64,000 bases of DNA from an uncultured Methanosarcinales archaeon (GCA_963843555.1 CAWJKV010000005.1:160001-224000); one strand, 5' to 3'; counted from the first letter of the stretch, positions 52,933-63,636 are shown. The notes: generated from the sequence alone by a model not told the origin. Numbers and translations are program-made.

Positions 52933-53892
52933 ATGGCGAATCTCAATGTAGCGATCCTGGGTGCTCCAGATTTCGGAAAAGATCTGGGAAAGAAGGGCAC
53001 TGTCAGCGATCTTACCTTTTACAATCTGAAAAAGGGGCAGAACACAGTCACCTTCATAGAGCCGACCAGATTTCCAGAACGGATCGCGCCTCTCTTTTAC
53101 GCTGTTTCCATGTCTCAAAAGGCCCTGTTGATTGTGGATCAGATCAATCCCGCCTTTGGCGAGTCGGTCATCATGCTGGATTCACTCGGCCAAAAAGAGG
53201 GAATTGTGATCTTAAGAAACTATATCACCCGCGAGCAGATCGCACCCCTCACCAAGGGCACTGTGGTTGATGGCTACGAATTTCTGGCAGATGACAAGAA
53301 CGCCCTCCGTGAGAGGCTTCTGGAGGATGCGGCCAGGATGCAGACCACCTACGACTCCGTGACCGGAACCATGCCCGTGGATCACTTTTTCAACGTGCGC
53401 GGAATTGGAACTGTAGCCCTGGGGTCGGTCGCCGAAGGCACCATAAGAAAGCATGACGAACTGAGGGTTTTGCCGGGCGAGAAAACTGCCCAGGTCCGGT
53501 CCATTCAGAAGCATGATGAGGACTCTGACATCGCAGGAGTGGGCGAGAGGACAGGCATCGCCCTCAAGGGAGTGGATGTGGAAGATCTGGACAGGGGAAC
53601 CATTCTCACCAATGACAAGTCCATCAAGCAGATCTCCTCTCTGACGGCCAAGGTGCAGATAGTCAAATACTGGCCGTCTCCGTTAAAAGAAGGAATGGTG
53701 TTACACATCGGCCATTGGATGCAATTCGTTCCGGCCAGGGTGGAAGCAGTCATTGCCGAAAGCGACTGGCATAAGGCGGAATTGACCATAAAACTGGATA
53801 AGATGCTGGTCTACCGGCCTGGAACAAGGGCGGTCCTGACCTATCCCGAGGGGGGGAAGCTCAGAGTGGTGGGAACTATAGATCTGCCCTGA
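52933..53892 (+). CDS. Archaeal SelB-like EF-Tu paralogue (aSelBL)
   Basis: LGKKGTVSDLTFYN degenerate G-domain; domain II VDHFFNVRGIGTVALG..VRSIQKHD..GERTGIALKG..LDRG. Confidence 0.85.
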   Translation: MANLNVAILGAPDFGKDLGKKGTVSDLTFYNLKKGQNTVTFIEPTRFPERIAPLFYAVSMSQKALLIVDQINPAFGESVIMLDSLGQKEGIVILRNYITREQIAPLTKGTVVDGYEFLADDKNALRERLLEDAARMQTTYDSVTGTMPVDHFFNVRGIGTVALGSVAEGTIRKHDELRVLPGEKTAQVRSIQKHDEDSDIAGVGERTGIALKGVDVEDLDRGTILTNDKSIKQISSLTAKVQIVKYWPSPLKEGMVLHIGHWMQFVPARVEAVIAESDWHKAELTIKLDKMLVYRPGTRAVLTYPEGGKLRVVGTIDLP

Positions 53893-53927
53893 TCGGATGA
53901 GGATTATGATTTTAATATTTCTTGATG

Positions 53928-54794
53928 CTACTTCTTAATGCACTTTACATAAATCCTGTAGCCCAAGAGATTGAGCTTCGACCATCTGCATACCACCTTG
54001 CTCTCCAGGAAGCAAGAGAGCCTCTCCTGCAAAAAGCATGGATCGACCACCGGACGCCAGCGGCTCATGAAGAGGTACCCCTGGCATGGCTTGAAGTCAA
54101 AACCACGATAGGCCTGGACCTGAAAGCCTGCGCACTCCAGGCTTTCCTGGAATTCCGGGGGGGAGACGTACTCGGGTGGATTTATCGATTCCCGGAAGAG
54201 ATGCTTCCTCAGCAGGGTGTAGTGCGAGATGCGGTTAAAGAAATCCACCACCAGAACACCCCCAGGTTTGAGAACACGGTTGAACTCCGACAGAGCCTGG
54301 GCCGAGGACTCTGCAGAGGGAAGACAGGTCAAAACTCCGCTGCTTGTCACCCAGTCGAAGGACTGATCCTGGAATGGAAGCCGGGTTACGCTGCCTCGCA
54401 AGAAAGCGGCCTGTGGGTAGTCTGCCGCTCGATATGCCGCCCGGCCGAGCATATTGCGGGAAAAATCCATGCCGACGAACTCGCAGCCTCCGTTCTCCGC
54501 CAGATCTTTCTTCAGAGCTCGAATTGTCAGGTTCCCATTGCCGCAACCTGCATCCAGAATCCGACCTCTTGCCCCGGAAAAGCAAAACTTTGCCGCCTCC
54601 TTCTCGAAGTCGCCCACCATGCCGAGGATGAGATGAGGTGTGTCATCCGGAAGGTCGCGAGCCATCTTGAGATCAGACTCGTCTCCGCAACTCTTCTGGC
54701 CCTCCCAGAACTCCAGTTCCTCCTTTTGGAGACGCCTTTCCTCCAATGAACTCTCCTCACCCGGATCCTTATCGAAATTTGACGGCTCGCTCAT
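53928..54794 (-). CDS. Class I SAM-dependent methyltransferase
   Basis: ILDAGCGNG, GMDFS, LPFQDQSFD, RVLKPGG. Confidence 0.9.
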   Translation of the reverse strand: MSEPSNFDKDPGEESSLEERRLQKEELEFWEGQKSCGDESDLKMARDLPDDTPHLILGMVGDFEKEAAKFCFSGARGRILDAGCGNGNLTIRALKKDLAENGGCEFVGMDFSRNMLGRAAYRAADYPQAAFLRGSVTRLPFQDQSFDWVTSSGVLTCLPSAESSAQALSEFNRVLKPGGVLVVDFFNRISHYTLLRKHLFRESINPPEYVSPPEFQESLECAGFQVQAYRGFDFKPCQGYLFMSRWRPVVDPCFLQERLSCFLESKVVCRWSKLNLLGYRIYVKCIKK

Positions 54795-54960
54795 ACCGCA
54801 GATCACTCCATCCACCACAAAGCCATCGAGGATAAGTGAGAATTATTATAGTTTGCCAGAGGCTAATAGATCTTAACAGATCTTTACAGATCCCAATAGA
54901 ATAAATCGAGCTGCATAGTGTCAATCCACCATTCAACCAATGCTGCATAGAGGCCAGCAA

Positions 54961-55455
54961 ATGATATCCGAGAGAGAAAGTAAAGGCCTGGAGATAATTG
55001 CCGCAAGGGCGGTGGAGAATCTGGAGGACCTTCTCAGAGTTATGCAAGATGCTGCAAACCAGATCAATTGCGGCAGGCCACTGGAGGAGATCGATGTGGC
55101 GGGCTTTGCACTCTATCTAGCAAGGAGGGATCAGGATGACGATCAGAGCCGCGCCCAGGCCTTGGTGGGGGTCATGGACTATGAAGAGTATGTGCGCATA
55201 CTGGATGACGTAGCCCGCGAAAGCGGTCTATGCCTGGATGAATTGACGGAGCTGGAGGTAACCGTGCCGGAGATGGAGTTCGGCGAGGATATGGTCACAG
55301 GCGGCTTTGGGATTTTCAAAGGCATATCTGTGGAACAACGCAACGATTGTCTGCTGGAGCTGATGGAAGCGGTCTCTCACCTCCTGGAGAGGCGCGGCCT
55401 GGCCGTGGCCTGCGTTCCGGACGAGGACGTGATCTTTTATCTGCCCTTAAACTGA
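54961..55455 (+). CDS. Hypothetical acidic protein
   Basis: Long ORF co-oriented with the next gene; no motif recognised. Confidence 0.7.
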   Translation: MISERESKGLEIIAARAVENLEDLLRVMQDAANQINCGRPLEEIDVAGFALYLARRDQDDDQSRAQALVGVMDYEEYVRILDDVARESGLCLDELTELEVTVPEMEFGEDMVTGGFGIFKGISVEQRNDCLLELMEAVSHLLERRGLAVACVPDEDVIFYLPLN

Positions 55456-55491
55456 GGCAAGCGAGGAGAAATCTTACCCCGGGAGTGTGGA

Positions 55492-56103
55492 ATGGCGATA
55501 TCTGGTGTGGAGGCCTTGGCTGTATATTTTGCGTTCTTTGCCCTTGTGCACAGCTTTCTGGCCGATCCCCGGTTCAAGAGCTGGGGCCGAAAGACCTTCG
55601 GAGACGCATTTGACCGCTGGCAGCGGCTGGCCTATACAGTTCTGGCTTTGATCATGATATTGCCTTTCATCTACATCTTGGCATATCTGCCTGACAGAAT
55701 ACTGTACATCGTTCCCTGGCCCGGGGGCGGGTTGATGGTGGCCTGTCAAGCCCTGGCCGCTCTTGCGCTGCTGGCCAGCTTAAGCCAGACTGGCATCTCC
55801 CGCTTCCTGGGGCTGGCAGAGACTGATCACTTGAGCGCCGCCGGAGGGCTGGTCACGAGTGGCTTTTACTGCCACCTCAGAAATCCGCTCTTCTTCTTTG
55901 CCGCCCTCTTTCTCTGGCTCAGCCCCATCATGACCCTGAATCTGCTGGCGTTCAACATCCTGGCCACATTCTACTTCTACATTGGAGCGCGGCACGAGGA
56001 GCGGTCGCTACATGAGGGGTTCGGGCCGGAGTATGATGCCTACAAAAAGAGAGTGCCCATGTTCCTGCCCCGGCTGAGCTGCCGGAAAGATAACATTAAA
56101 TAA
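55492..56103 (+). CDS. ICMT/nurim/MddA-like membrane methyltransferase
   Basis: FALVHS.LA, RLAY, LVTSGFYCHLRNP, EERSL..FG..Y..Y..RVPMFLP. Confidence 0.8.
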   Translation: MAISGVEALAVYFAFFALVHSFLADPRFKSWGRKTFGDAFDRWQRLAYTVLALIMILPFIYILAYLPDRILYIVPWPGGGLMVACQALAALALLASLSQTGISRFLGLAETDHLSAAGGLVTSGFYCHLRNPLFFFAALFLWLSPIMTLNLLAFNILATFYFYIGARHEERSLHEGFGPEYDAYKKRVPMFLPRLSCRKDNIK

Positions 56104-56131
56104 TGCTCAAAAGAGAGATGGCATGATATGT

Positions 56132-56968
56132 TCAGGTGAGCTTGCTCTTCACCTTGGCATAGAATCCGTCTTTGCCAACCTTTACAAACCTGGCCGGAGT
56201 CTTGGCCTTGCTTATGACTACAGTGTCTTTGGAAGAGATGGTGGTAGCGCTTTGGCCGTCTACCACGACCAGTGCTTCCTTTTCCGGCAACTTGAGCCGA
56301 ACTTCAATAACGCTATCCCCGGGAATCACCCAGGGGCGGCTGGAGAGCTTGAAGGGGGCCATGGGAACAAGCACAATGGCGTCCACTCGCGGGTCCACGA
56401 TGGGACCTCCTGCGGACATGGCATAGGCTGTGGAACCTGTGGAGGTGGCGATGATGACTCCGTCTGCCCGGAAATCCTCCATAAGCGAACCGTCCACAAT
56501 GATCTCAAACTCGATCATCTTGGCGGGACTTGCTGTCAGAAAGGCTATTTCATTGGTGGCGCGGGGCAGGCATACTCCATTCAAAAGCAGCTTGAGCCGG
56601 GAGCGCACATCTACATCGAATCCGGGGATAAGACGCTTCAGGGTATCGACTGCGTCTCTTGGCTCCACGTCCACCAGGAAGCCAAGCGTTCCCATGTTTA
56701 TTCCCAGGATGGGAACCGGGTCTTCCATCTTATGAATGGTGCGGAGGATGGTTCCGTCGCCGCCTACGGACACAATGAAGTCAACCTTTTGCCTTTCCAT
56801 CTCCGCCACTTCTGTGGCCTCTCGGCCAACCTGGGGCGCGATATCCGCATCCACGAATATCTCCAAACCCGTCGTCTCCGACTCGATCTGGCTGATGAGC
56901 CTTTGCAACAGCCTGATGGATTCCGGTTGGTTGCGGGAGACAAAACCGATCCTAATGGCAATCACCAC
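56132..56968 (-). CDS. nadK: NAD(+) kinase
   Basis: GGDGT, GINMGTLGFL, NE, DGVIIATSTGSTAYAMSAGGP. Confidence 0.95.
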   Translation of the reverse strand: MVIAIRIGFVSRNQPESIRLLQRLISQIESETTGLEIFVDADIAPQVGREATEVAEMERQKVDFIVSVGGDGTILRTIHKMEDPVPILGINMGTLGFLVDVEPRDAVDTLKRLIPGFDVDVRSRLKLLLNGVCLPRATNEIAFLTASPAKMIEFEIIVDGSLMEDFRADGVIIATSTGSTAYAMSAGGPIVDPRVDAIVLVPMAPFKLSSRPWVIPGDSVIEVRLKLPEKEALVVVDGQSATTISSKDTVVISKAKTPARFVKVGKDGFYAKVKSKLT

Positions 56969-57770
56969 CTATGAGATGCAGCAAATCCTCATGCTTCAGG
57001 CCGTTGGAGCCGATCAGATACTTTTTTTGCCACATATTTCCGTCCAGATGAAGCTCATCACCGCTCTCATCGGAAACAACGCCGCCCGCTTCCTCTATTA
57101 TGAGCTTGCCTGCCGCCACATCCACCACACGCATCATCCCCCGTAGATCCACAAACGCATCCAGCTTTCCGGAAGCCACCAGGGCCATCTCCAGAGAGGC
57201 GCTCCCGAGAGTGCGAATCCGGCGCACCTTATCACCGATGCCCGCAATTCTGGAGGTGTTGGGCCGGAGAGTATAGGCCGAGATGCTGAAATCCTTCAAG
57301 TCAGCGTTTTGGGAGACGAAAAGGCGGCTACCTGGCTCGGCGTATGCGCCCCTGCCAGATTCGGCATAATAGCTGTTACCACGAGCCAGATCAAAGACAT
57401 AAGCGAAGCGACAATCGTCCCGGCTTATGTAGATAGAGACGGAATAGAAGGGAATGCCGGCGATGGCATTAAATGTCCCATCCAGAGGATCGAGATGAAG
57501 GAAATAGTCGGGCTTCTCGCCTATCAGAGCTGTGCCGATCTCCTCACTCAAAACTCTGAACCCCAATCCAGAGGCACGTAAAACATTGAGGACTGCATCC
57601 TCTGCCGCCCGGTCGATGCTCTTCGTGGGGGTACCGTCCGCGCCCATCTTCACCATTTGACCACCAGCGACAGTGCCCGCCATTCCCTGGATGGCGGATA
57701 CTACAGCCCGGGCCGCAATGTCGCATAGTCTCTTTAGATCGCTACCGGTAGGAGAAAGTCGTTCACTCAT
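56952..57770 (-). CDS. suhB: Bifunctional FBPase/inositol monophosphatase
   Basis: MGADGTPT..ID..AE, SEE, DPLDGT.N, DVAAG..IIEEAGG. Confidence 0.9.
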   Translation of the reverse strand: MSERLSPTGSDLKRLCDIAARAVVSAIQGMAGTVAGGQMVKMGADGTPTKSIDRAAEDAVLNVLRASGLGFRVLSEEIGTALIGEKPDYFLHLDPLDGTFNAIAGIPFYSVSIYISRDDCRFAYVFDLARGNSYYAESGRGAYAEPGSRLFVSQNADLKDFSISAYTLRPNTSRIAGIGDKVRRIRTLGSASLEMALVASGKLDAFVDLRGMMRVVDVAAGKLIIEEAGGVVSDESGDELHLDGNMWQKKYLIGSNGLKHEDLLHLIGGDCH

Positions 57771-58041
57771 CCCTATTAATTTGGTTAGCCCACTATAAAA
57801 GTTTCTCACTTGGGATCGGCTGATTCTGACCATGGGGAGCTATGTGAACTGGGACGTCTACTGGCAGCTCATCAATAAGGACGCATCCGAGATGCTGGCG
57901 AAACGATCACCGAGATATTCATCAGGGACCGCAAGGTCCGACCTTAAGAGGCGACCAGAGAGAAAAGTATCTCGCTTAGCGGCCTGCGGCAGGCAGGCTA
58001 AGCGATAAGATCTAATATGAAAATGAGGTAGTGAAAGTGCA

Positions 58042-58115
58042 GGGCCCGTGGTCTAGCTGGTTATGACATCGCCCTTACACGGCGGGGATCACGCGTTCGA
58101 ATCGCGTCGGGCCCA
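58042..58115 (+). tRNA. tRNA-Val(TAC)
   Basis: GGGCCCG/CGGGCCC-A acceptor; TCGCC-CTTACAC-GGCGG; ACGCG-TTCGAAT-CGCGT. Confidence 0.96.
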
Positions 58116-58156
58116 TCTCGCAATCGCATTCTTCTTTTTCGCCCTCACAATTCAGA

Positions 58157-59410
58157 TTAGGAATAAATCATCAGAATCAAGGCCAGGAGCCCTGCCAGAA
58201 CTATTGGTATTAGGATGGCAGCCATCTTATTGCCAAACGCCCTTGTTCCCAAGACGTAGGCGATGATGAGCTTTACCAGAGTGTTGACTATAGCGGCCAG
58301 GGTGATGGAGGTGACGGCCACGTTCGCGGCAAGTGTTGACATGGACATGGTGGCCATGGTCAGGGTTATGGCATCGACATCCGCCAGCCCGGAGATTATG
58401 CTGGCGGCATAAATTCCCGCATCGCCAAAGTAAACTCTGGCAAGCGTGGAGATGATAAGCACAAAAGCGAAGAAAGCGCCCAATTCCAGAGCAGGAATGA
58501 TGCGGAAGGGGTCTTTCACCACCACGTCCTTTCCTGTCGCGGGATTTTTTCGAAGAGACAGATAGGCAAGAGCTGCGCCCACCACGGTCATGATCAAAAG
58601 AGGGGGCAGAACGGCCAGGAACAGGTCTTTGTTTATCACGGCGATTATGAAGAGCATTCGGGGGAACATGGTACAGCACGCGACGGCCGTGGCGAATACG
58701 GCGGCAGGCATAATCCGCTCGTCCAGCTTCACCTCTGTGGCCATTGAAGAGGTGACAGCAGTGCTCGAAACAATGCCGCCAAGGATGCCGGTAAGGCTCA
58801 GGCCCCGTTCTGCCCCCAGGATGCGGATGAGGATGTAGCCCACGTAGCCGATCAGGCTGACCATTATTACCAGGAGCCAGATCTGGCGAAGGTTGATGAC
58901 ACCCCAAGGACCCAGCGCCCCCTCAGGGAGGAGCGGATAGATCACCAGGGCGATTATACCCATTTTGAGAGTATCCAGCAGATCCGTTTCGTTCAAAGCC
59001 TCTACGTAGCGGTGCGTAATGTTCCGCGTGGCCAGGACCCAGGTGGTGATGATGGCCAGAGCCACGGCCAGAGGGACGCTATCCGGAAAGCTGGTCAGCA
59101 TTCCCAAAGCGAAGGTGACCACGGCCGCCACCGCTGCCGTGAAATCGATTCTGCCGAGCGCATTGACCGAAGAAGCGTATCCTACCGCCACTAGGATAGT
59201 GAAAGTTGAGATGGCAGCGATGGCAAAGCCGGGGCCGTAGTGACCGGATAGGTCGGCGCACAAAGCCCCCAGGAGCGCAATCAGGACGAAAGTGCGCAGG
59301 CCCGCCACGCCCCGGACCTTATCCTCGGCCAGCCTGCGCTGGCGCTCCGTGCCGATAAGAGCGCCGATAAGGAGGGCTACAATAAAGGGATAGATATCAG
59401 TTAAGTCCAT
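58157..59410 (-). CDS. MgtC/SapB-family membrane protein with DUF4010
   Basis: GALIGTER..AGLRTF; GGIVSSTAVT; SGLADVDAIT. Confidence 0.9.
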   Translation of the reverse strand: MDLTDIYPFIVALLIGALIGTERQRRLAEDKVRGVAGLRTFVLIALLGALCADLSGHYGPGFAIAAISTFTILVAVGYASSVNALGRIDFTAAVAAVVTFALGMLTSFPDSVPLAVALAIITTWVLATRNITHRYVEALNETDLLDTLKMGIIALVIYPLLPEGALGPWGVINLRQIWLLVIMVSLIGYVGYILIRILGAERGLSLTGILGGIVSSTAVTSSMATEVKLDERIMPAAVFATAVACCTMFPRMLFIIAVINKDLFLAVLPPLLIMTVVGAALAYLSLRKNPATGKDVVVKDPFRIIPALELGAFFAFVLIISTLARVYFGDAGIYAASIISGLADVDAITLTMATMSMSTLAANVAVTSITLAAIVNTLVKLIIAYVLGTRAFGNKMAAILIPIVLAGLLALILMIYS

Positions 59411-59502
59411 TGCACGACTATACATCCATTCACTATGCTAAATAGTTTTACTGGCTGAAGATCGGGCTCAGCTTTAAGGCAAAGGGCGACTTCCAGAGCG
59501 TA

Positions 59503-60165
59503 ATGGATGAACATAAAGTAGAGGCCTGCATTCGTATTCTAGAGGAGCAATATGGTGTGCCCAGGAGAGAGTATATCAACCCCGTGGATCTGCTGGTCAT
59601 GACCATCCTCTCCCAGAATACCAGCGATACCAACAGTTTGCGGGCTTTTGACAATCTGAAGAAGGAGTTTGGCGACTATGAGCGGCTTCTCAGTGCATCC
59701 ACGGAAACAGTAGCTGATAAGATCCGGGCCGGCGGTCTGGCAGAGATAAAGGCCAAGAGGATAAAGGAGACTCTTCTCAAGATCAAAACAGATAAGGGCG
59801 CGATCGACCTTGGCTTTCTGGGCGATATGGGAAAGGATGCGGCCATGCAGTATCTGCTATCCTTGCCAGGCGTCGGGCCAAAGACGGCCTCTGTTGTTCT
59901 CCTCTTTGCCTATGGCCTGCCTTTCTTGCCCGTGGACACGCACGTCTACCGCGTCTCGCGACGGCTGGGCCTGGTGGCAGAAGATGTCAAACTGGAAAAG
60001 GCGCAAACAATCCTGGAGAAGATCGTTCCGGTCGAGAAGTATCTTTCAATTCACCTGAACATGATAAAGCACGGGAGGCTCATTTGCCGGGCGCGGGGTC
60101 CCAAGCATGAGGAATGCGCCCTGCGACCTTATTGCGACTGCTATTTGCGGGGCCAAAAGCCTTAA
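59503..60165 (+). CDS. nth: Endonuclease III-family HhH-GPD glycosylase
   Basis: ILSQNTSD, LLSLPGVGPKTA, PVDTHV.R, C-terminal Cys/His cluster. Confidence 0.9.
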   Translation: MDEHKVEACIRILEEQYGVPRREYINPVDLLVMTILSQNTSDTNSLRAFDNLKKEFGDYERLLSASTETVADKIRAGGLAEIKAKRIKETLLKIKTDKGAIDLGFLGDMGKDAAMQYLLSLPGVGPKTASVVLLFAYGLPFLPVDTHVYRVSRRLGLVAEDVKLEKAQTILEKIVPVEKYLSIHLNMIKHGRLICRARGPKHEECALRPYCDCYLRGQKP

Positions 60166-60193
60166 ATGATAGTAGCAACCACCCCCAATCCGC

Positions 60194-60268
60194 GCTCCGG
60201 TAGTGTAGCTCGGCCAATCATGTAGGACTCTCACTCCTTCGACTTGGGTTCAAATCCCAACCGGAGCA
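60194..60268 (+). tRNA. tRNA-Glu(CTC)
   Basis: GCTCCGG/CCGGAGC-A; TAGGA-CTCTCAC-TCCTT; TTGGG-TTCAAAT-CCCAA. Confidence 0.95.
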
Positions 60269-60381
60269 TGTTTTTACTGGTTTAAGTCCTCGCATATCCA
60301 GCAATCTGCTTTGGAACTCATCCTGCTCGCATAACATTAAACAGAGGGGTCGGCAGGATTAGCCTGCCAAATGAGATAGGC

Positions 60382-60711
60382 CTATTTGACCACGCGGATG
60401 ATATTGGCAGTCATATCCGTCCTGACCTCGTACTCCTGGCCCGGACATCGAAGATTATCTCATATCCTGGAACCATCACCGCTGCACAGATCTCGCCGGG
60501 CTCAGATAACCCAGGCATGGATCTGGCCAGTCCACCTGTTCAACAGAAATGGCCTTACATGGCCGACAGGCACGCCCAGGTAGTTTGCCAGCCATTTTCG
60601 GGCCTTCTGAGCCCCTTTGTTGGGATTTGTGTCCTGGGGGCGGGACTGTATCGGATCGATAGGCTCCAGCTCGTCGTCATGATCCGCATGGCTTTTGATA
60701 TTTGTGCACAT
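60382..60711 (-). pseudogene. Frameshifted conserved hypothetical protein (WPDxCLG..CxxVxxPGY type)
   Basis: Across three -1 shifts: LANYLGVP / ISVEQVDWPDPCLGY / EPGEICAAVMVPGYEIIFDV / GQEYEVRTD; 5' end uncertain. Confidence 0.6.
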
Positions 60712-61039
60712 ATGTACTCATAAGTATCAGGCACGGCCAGAGAGAAGCAGGCCGAAAGGACCACCATCGATCGTTCCAAGGAAAGATTTGCGAGAATCCT
60801 TGATGATGTCATTGTCATGAGATTCCACCTATCCCATCAAAATTGTATTTATGCGCAGTTCGGACGACCCCGGAGTCAATCCGGGCTTCTTCAGATATTT
60901 CCTCTGAACTCAATTGTCCACTCGAAGGTCCACTCCAATCCCTATGCATTTGTGCATTAGACTCGTCAATCGAATGCAAATTGACTATCTCAACGGCAGA
61001 ATCTTGAGACTGAATACATATATATTGGTCCGTGTACAT

Positions 61040-61258
61040 ATGGATCTTGAAATGGCAATTCTAATTGGAATGATGTTGACGGCAGCTGGACTTACTCTGC
61101 TAAGTAAGGTGCTGAAGGAAAGCATCAGGTCACGAACGAACTCAATGAAAGGAGGTCGTGAATCCGAAGATAAGATTATCGAAATCTATGATTACGAAAT
61201 CGTAGATGAAACTCAAAATCGAGCACCTAAAGGCTACAAGGTGACCATTCACGATTAG
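61040..61258 (+). CDS. Small membrane-anchored hypothetical protein
   Basis: MDLEMAILIGMMLTAAGLTLL..IIEIYDYEIVD; TATA-like sequence just upstream. Confidence 0.55.
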   Translation: MDLEMAILIGMMLTAAGLTLLSKVLKESIRSRTNSMKGGRESEDKIIEIYDYEIVDETQNRAPKGYKVTIHD

Positions 61259-61673
61259 TATATCCATCCATTAGACATTTTTGCATGAGCCCTAAATCGA
61301 ACTTGAGCCCAAAAAGCCCGAATTTGGGCAACGGTGAAAGGCAGGATAAGGGAATGGCAATTCATGCTCCTTGAGCAGATCAAAAGCAAGGACAACTGCC
61401 TTGTGCGCGCCTGAGAGGGTCGAAAATGCTTTCTGTAAGTACAGCACATGCTATATTTCCTGGGGCGATGCCATTTCAACAGTGGGCGTGATAGAGATTT
61501 CTTTTCAGGATTCAACATGATTGGGCAAAATGAATATCTCTTGCTATCAATAAGTGTCGTGAGATTGCTCAACTTTCTGATATTTCCCTTCCATGCTTGC
61601 TTTCTCCCTGGGAGGCGGCCATTCTAGTCGAGCGATTTTATGCACATCGATGTCTCACCAAACACCAATCCCA

Positions 61674-62417
61674 CTAGAGTCGCTTAGGCATGTTTCTGAT
61701 ATGGATGAACATGGCCAGAGCCATGAAGATCACCGTAAATATAGCAATTGCTGCGAAGTCCAGCAGAATGGGATAATAGCTGCTCCCCTGAATCGAGTAC
61801 CTCATCAGGTCTGTCATATAGGTTAAAGGGGAGAACTGTGAGATTGTCCTGCCCCCGGGCGGCATCTGTTCTATTGGTATGAATATCCCGCTTATGAAAA
61901 CCAGCGGAAATTTGACAAGGTTTGTGATCATCATTATGTTCGAAGGTACATTTGTCGGCGGGGTGGAGAATAGCAATCCCATGTAGGATGAGCAAAATGC
62001 AGACATTAGAATGGCTGCCGCCAGGACGACCGGGTTAAAGATGTGAATCCCAGCTATGAACCCCAAGGCAAGAGGAACTGGGGATATGAGTATCCCGAAA
62101 ATGAATGATGACAGTGCATCGCCTAGAAGAATTGCCGGAATCGAGACGGGCGCAGAGATCAGCCGCTCAAGTGTTCTCTCTCTCCCTTCCCATGGGAGGA
62201 TGACCGGCGAGACCGCTGTTGCCGTGAAGAAGAGCGTCATGCTGAGCAGCCCGGATATAAGGAAATCCACAGGCATGCCGCGACCAAGGAAGAACGCAAG
62301 AAAGAGAAACATGGGAAAAAGAATGCCATAAATCAGCACGGGACCCTTCAAATAGTAAATTCTGATATCCTTTTCCGCTATTGCAAGGGCTCGGCTGAGC
62401 TGGCTGCCTGATATCAT
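61674..62417 (-). CDS. ABC-2 exporter permease
   Basis: ERTLERLISAPVS, FISGIFIP, SPLTY..D..R. Confidence 0.9.
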   Translation of the reverse strand: MISGSQLSRALAIAEKDIRIYYLKGPVLIYGILFPMFLFLAFFLGRGMPVDFLISGLLSMTLFFTATAVSPVILPWEGRERTLERLISAPVSIPAILLGDALSSFIFGILISPVPLALGFIAGIHIFNPVVLAAAILMSAFCSSYMGLLFSTPPTNVPSNIMMITNLVKFPLVFISGIFIPIEQMPPGGRTISQFSPLTYMTDLMRYSIQGSSYYPILLDFAAIAIFTVIFMALAMFIHIRNMPKRL

Positions 62418-63337
62418 TGTCCCGCCCCGGTATAAGCAATAAACACGTCTTCTAACGTAGGCGATATTGTAGCTAAACTTAAAATCTCAACATCTTTCGA
62501 TCTCGTATAATCAACTAGCGTAGAGATGGATCTGGCAGGATCTTGTGCATATAACCTGAACTTGTCTCCCATCTTCTCGACGGATTCTATTCCCTGGAGC
62601 GCTAAAAGATCGCTCTTGGGCACATCTTTGTTAAAAGATACCTCAACGGAGTGCAGGCTTTCGATACGTCTCTTCAGCACTTCGGGCCTGTCGATAGCCA
62701 CGATCTTACCATGATTGATTATGGCGATCCTGCTGCAGAGTTGATTTGCCTCTTCCATATTGTGGGTCGTCAGGAGAAATGTAACTCCGCTGGCATTTAG
62801 ATCGGCAACTATGCTTCGAATCAAGCGGGAACTCTGCACGTCCAGTCCGGATGTCGGTTCATCCATGATCAATACCTGTGGTTCGCTTATCAAGGCCATG
62901 CATATCTGAAGACGCTGTTTCATTCCTTTGGAAAAGCCTTTCACGGCAGCTGCTCTCTTCTCATAGAGGTCGAACCTCTTCAGCAGATCCTCCGCTCTAC
63001 TCTGTCTCTTCATCTTCTCTAGGCCGTAAAGCTTGCCCATGAGCATCAAGTTCTGCCAGGCCGAGAGATCGATGTAGGCATTGGATGTTTCAGGAAGAAC
63101 TCCAGTCACCTGTTTTGCCTTTAAGCCATCCTTATCAACATCATGGCCCATTATGCTGGCCTTACCGGCATCGGGTTTGATCAGACCTGTGATCATCCGC
63201 GCAGTGGTAGTCTTGCCGGCTCCATTGGGGCCCAGGAAGCCGAATAATTCACCCCGTTCCACTGTGAAGTTTATATGATCCACGGCGGTAAAATCGCCGA
63301 ATCGCTTGGTCAGGTCTTCAACAACAATTGCATTCAT
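62414..63337 (-). CDS. ABC exporter ATP-binding protein (DrrA-like)
   Basis: GPNGAGKTT, FSKGMKQR, DEPTSGLD, TTHNMEEA. Confidence 0.95.
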   Translation of the reverse strand: MNAIVVEDLTKRFGDFTAVDHINFTVERGELFGFLGPNGAGKTTTARMITGLIKPDAGKASIMGHDVDKDGLKAKQVTGVLPETSNAYIDLSAWQNLMLMGKLYGLEKMKRQSRAEDLLKRFDLYEKRAAAVKGFSKGMKQRLQICMALISEPQVLIMDEPTSGLDVQSSRLIRSIVADLNASGVTFLLTTHNMEEANQLCSRIAIINHGKIVAIDRPEVLKRRIESLHSVEVSFNKDVPKSDLLALQGIESVEKMGDKFRLYAQDPARSISTLVDYTRSKDVEILSLATISPTLEDVFIAYTGAGQ

Positions 63338-63636
63338 GGCCGCCCTCATCCAGGTCCCAATGGACAGATACCATTTCTAGGATTCTCTCGATCTCTTTCA
63401 ATTCTTCTTCGACCCCATCCAGTTCGCGCTTAAGCGATTCCCTGTGAGCTCTAGCCTCTCTATCCGTTCCTGCTTGCTCAATGATGAGGGCGTAATCAAA
63501 GAGTGCTTTTTCTTCCTGATGCCCGCCAGAGACTATATGGACCGAACACCGCAATTTACAGGGCTGGGCGAGCAAGAATAGGTGCCTCTTTGATTCGATG
63601 ACTAAATTGCGACATCATTCAAATATTCTTTTCGCC

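Noticed and set aside
63318..63575. 85-aa coiled-coil ORF before the ABC ATPase
   Set aside because: May be a gene fragment, but start and family could not be supported.
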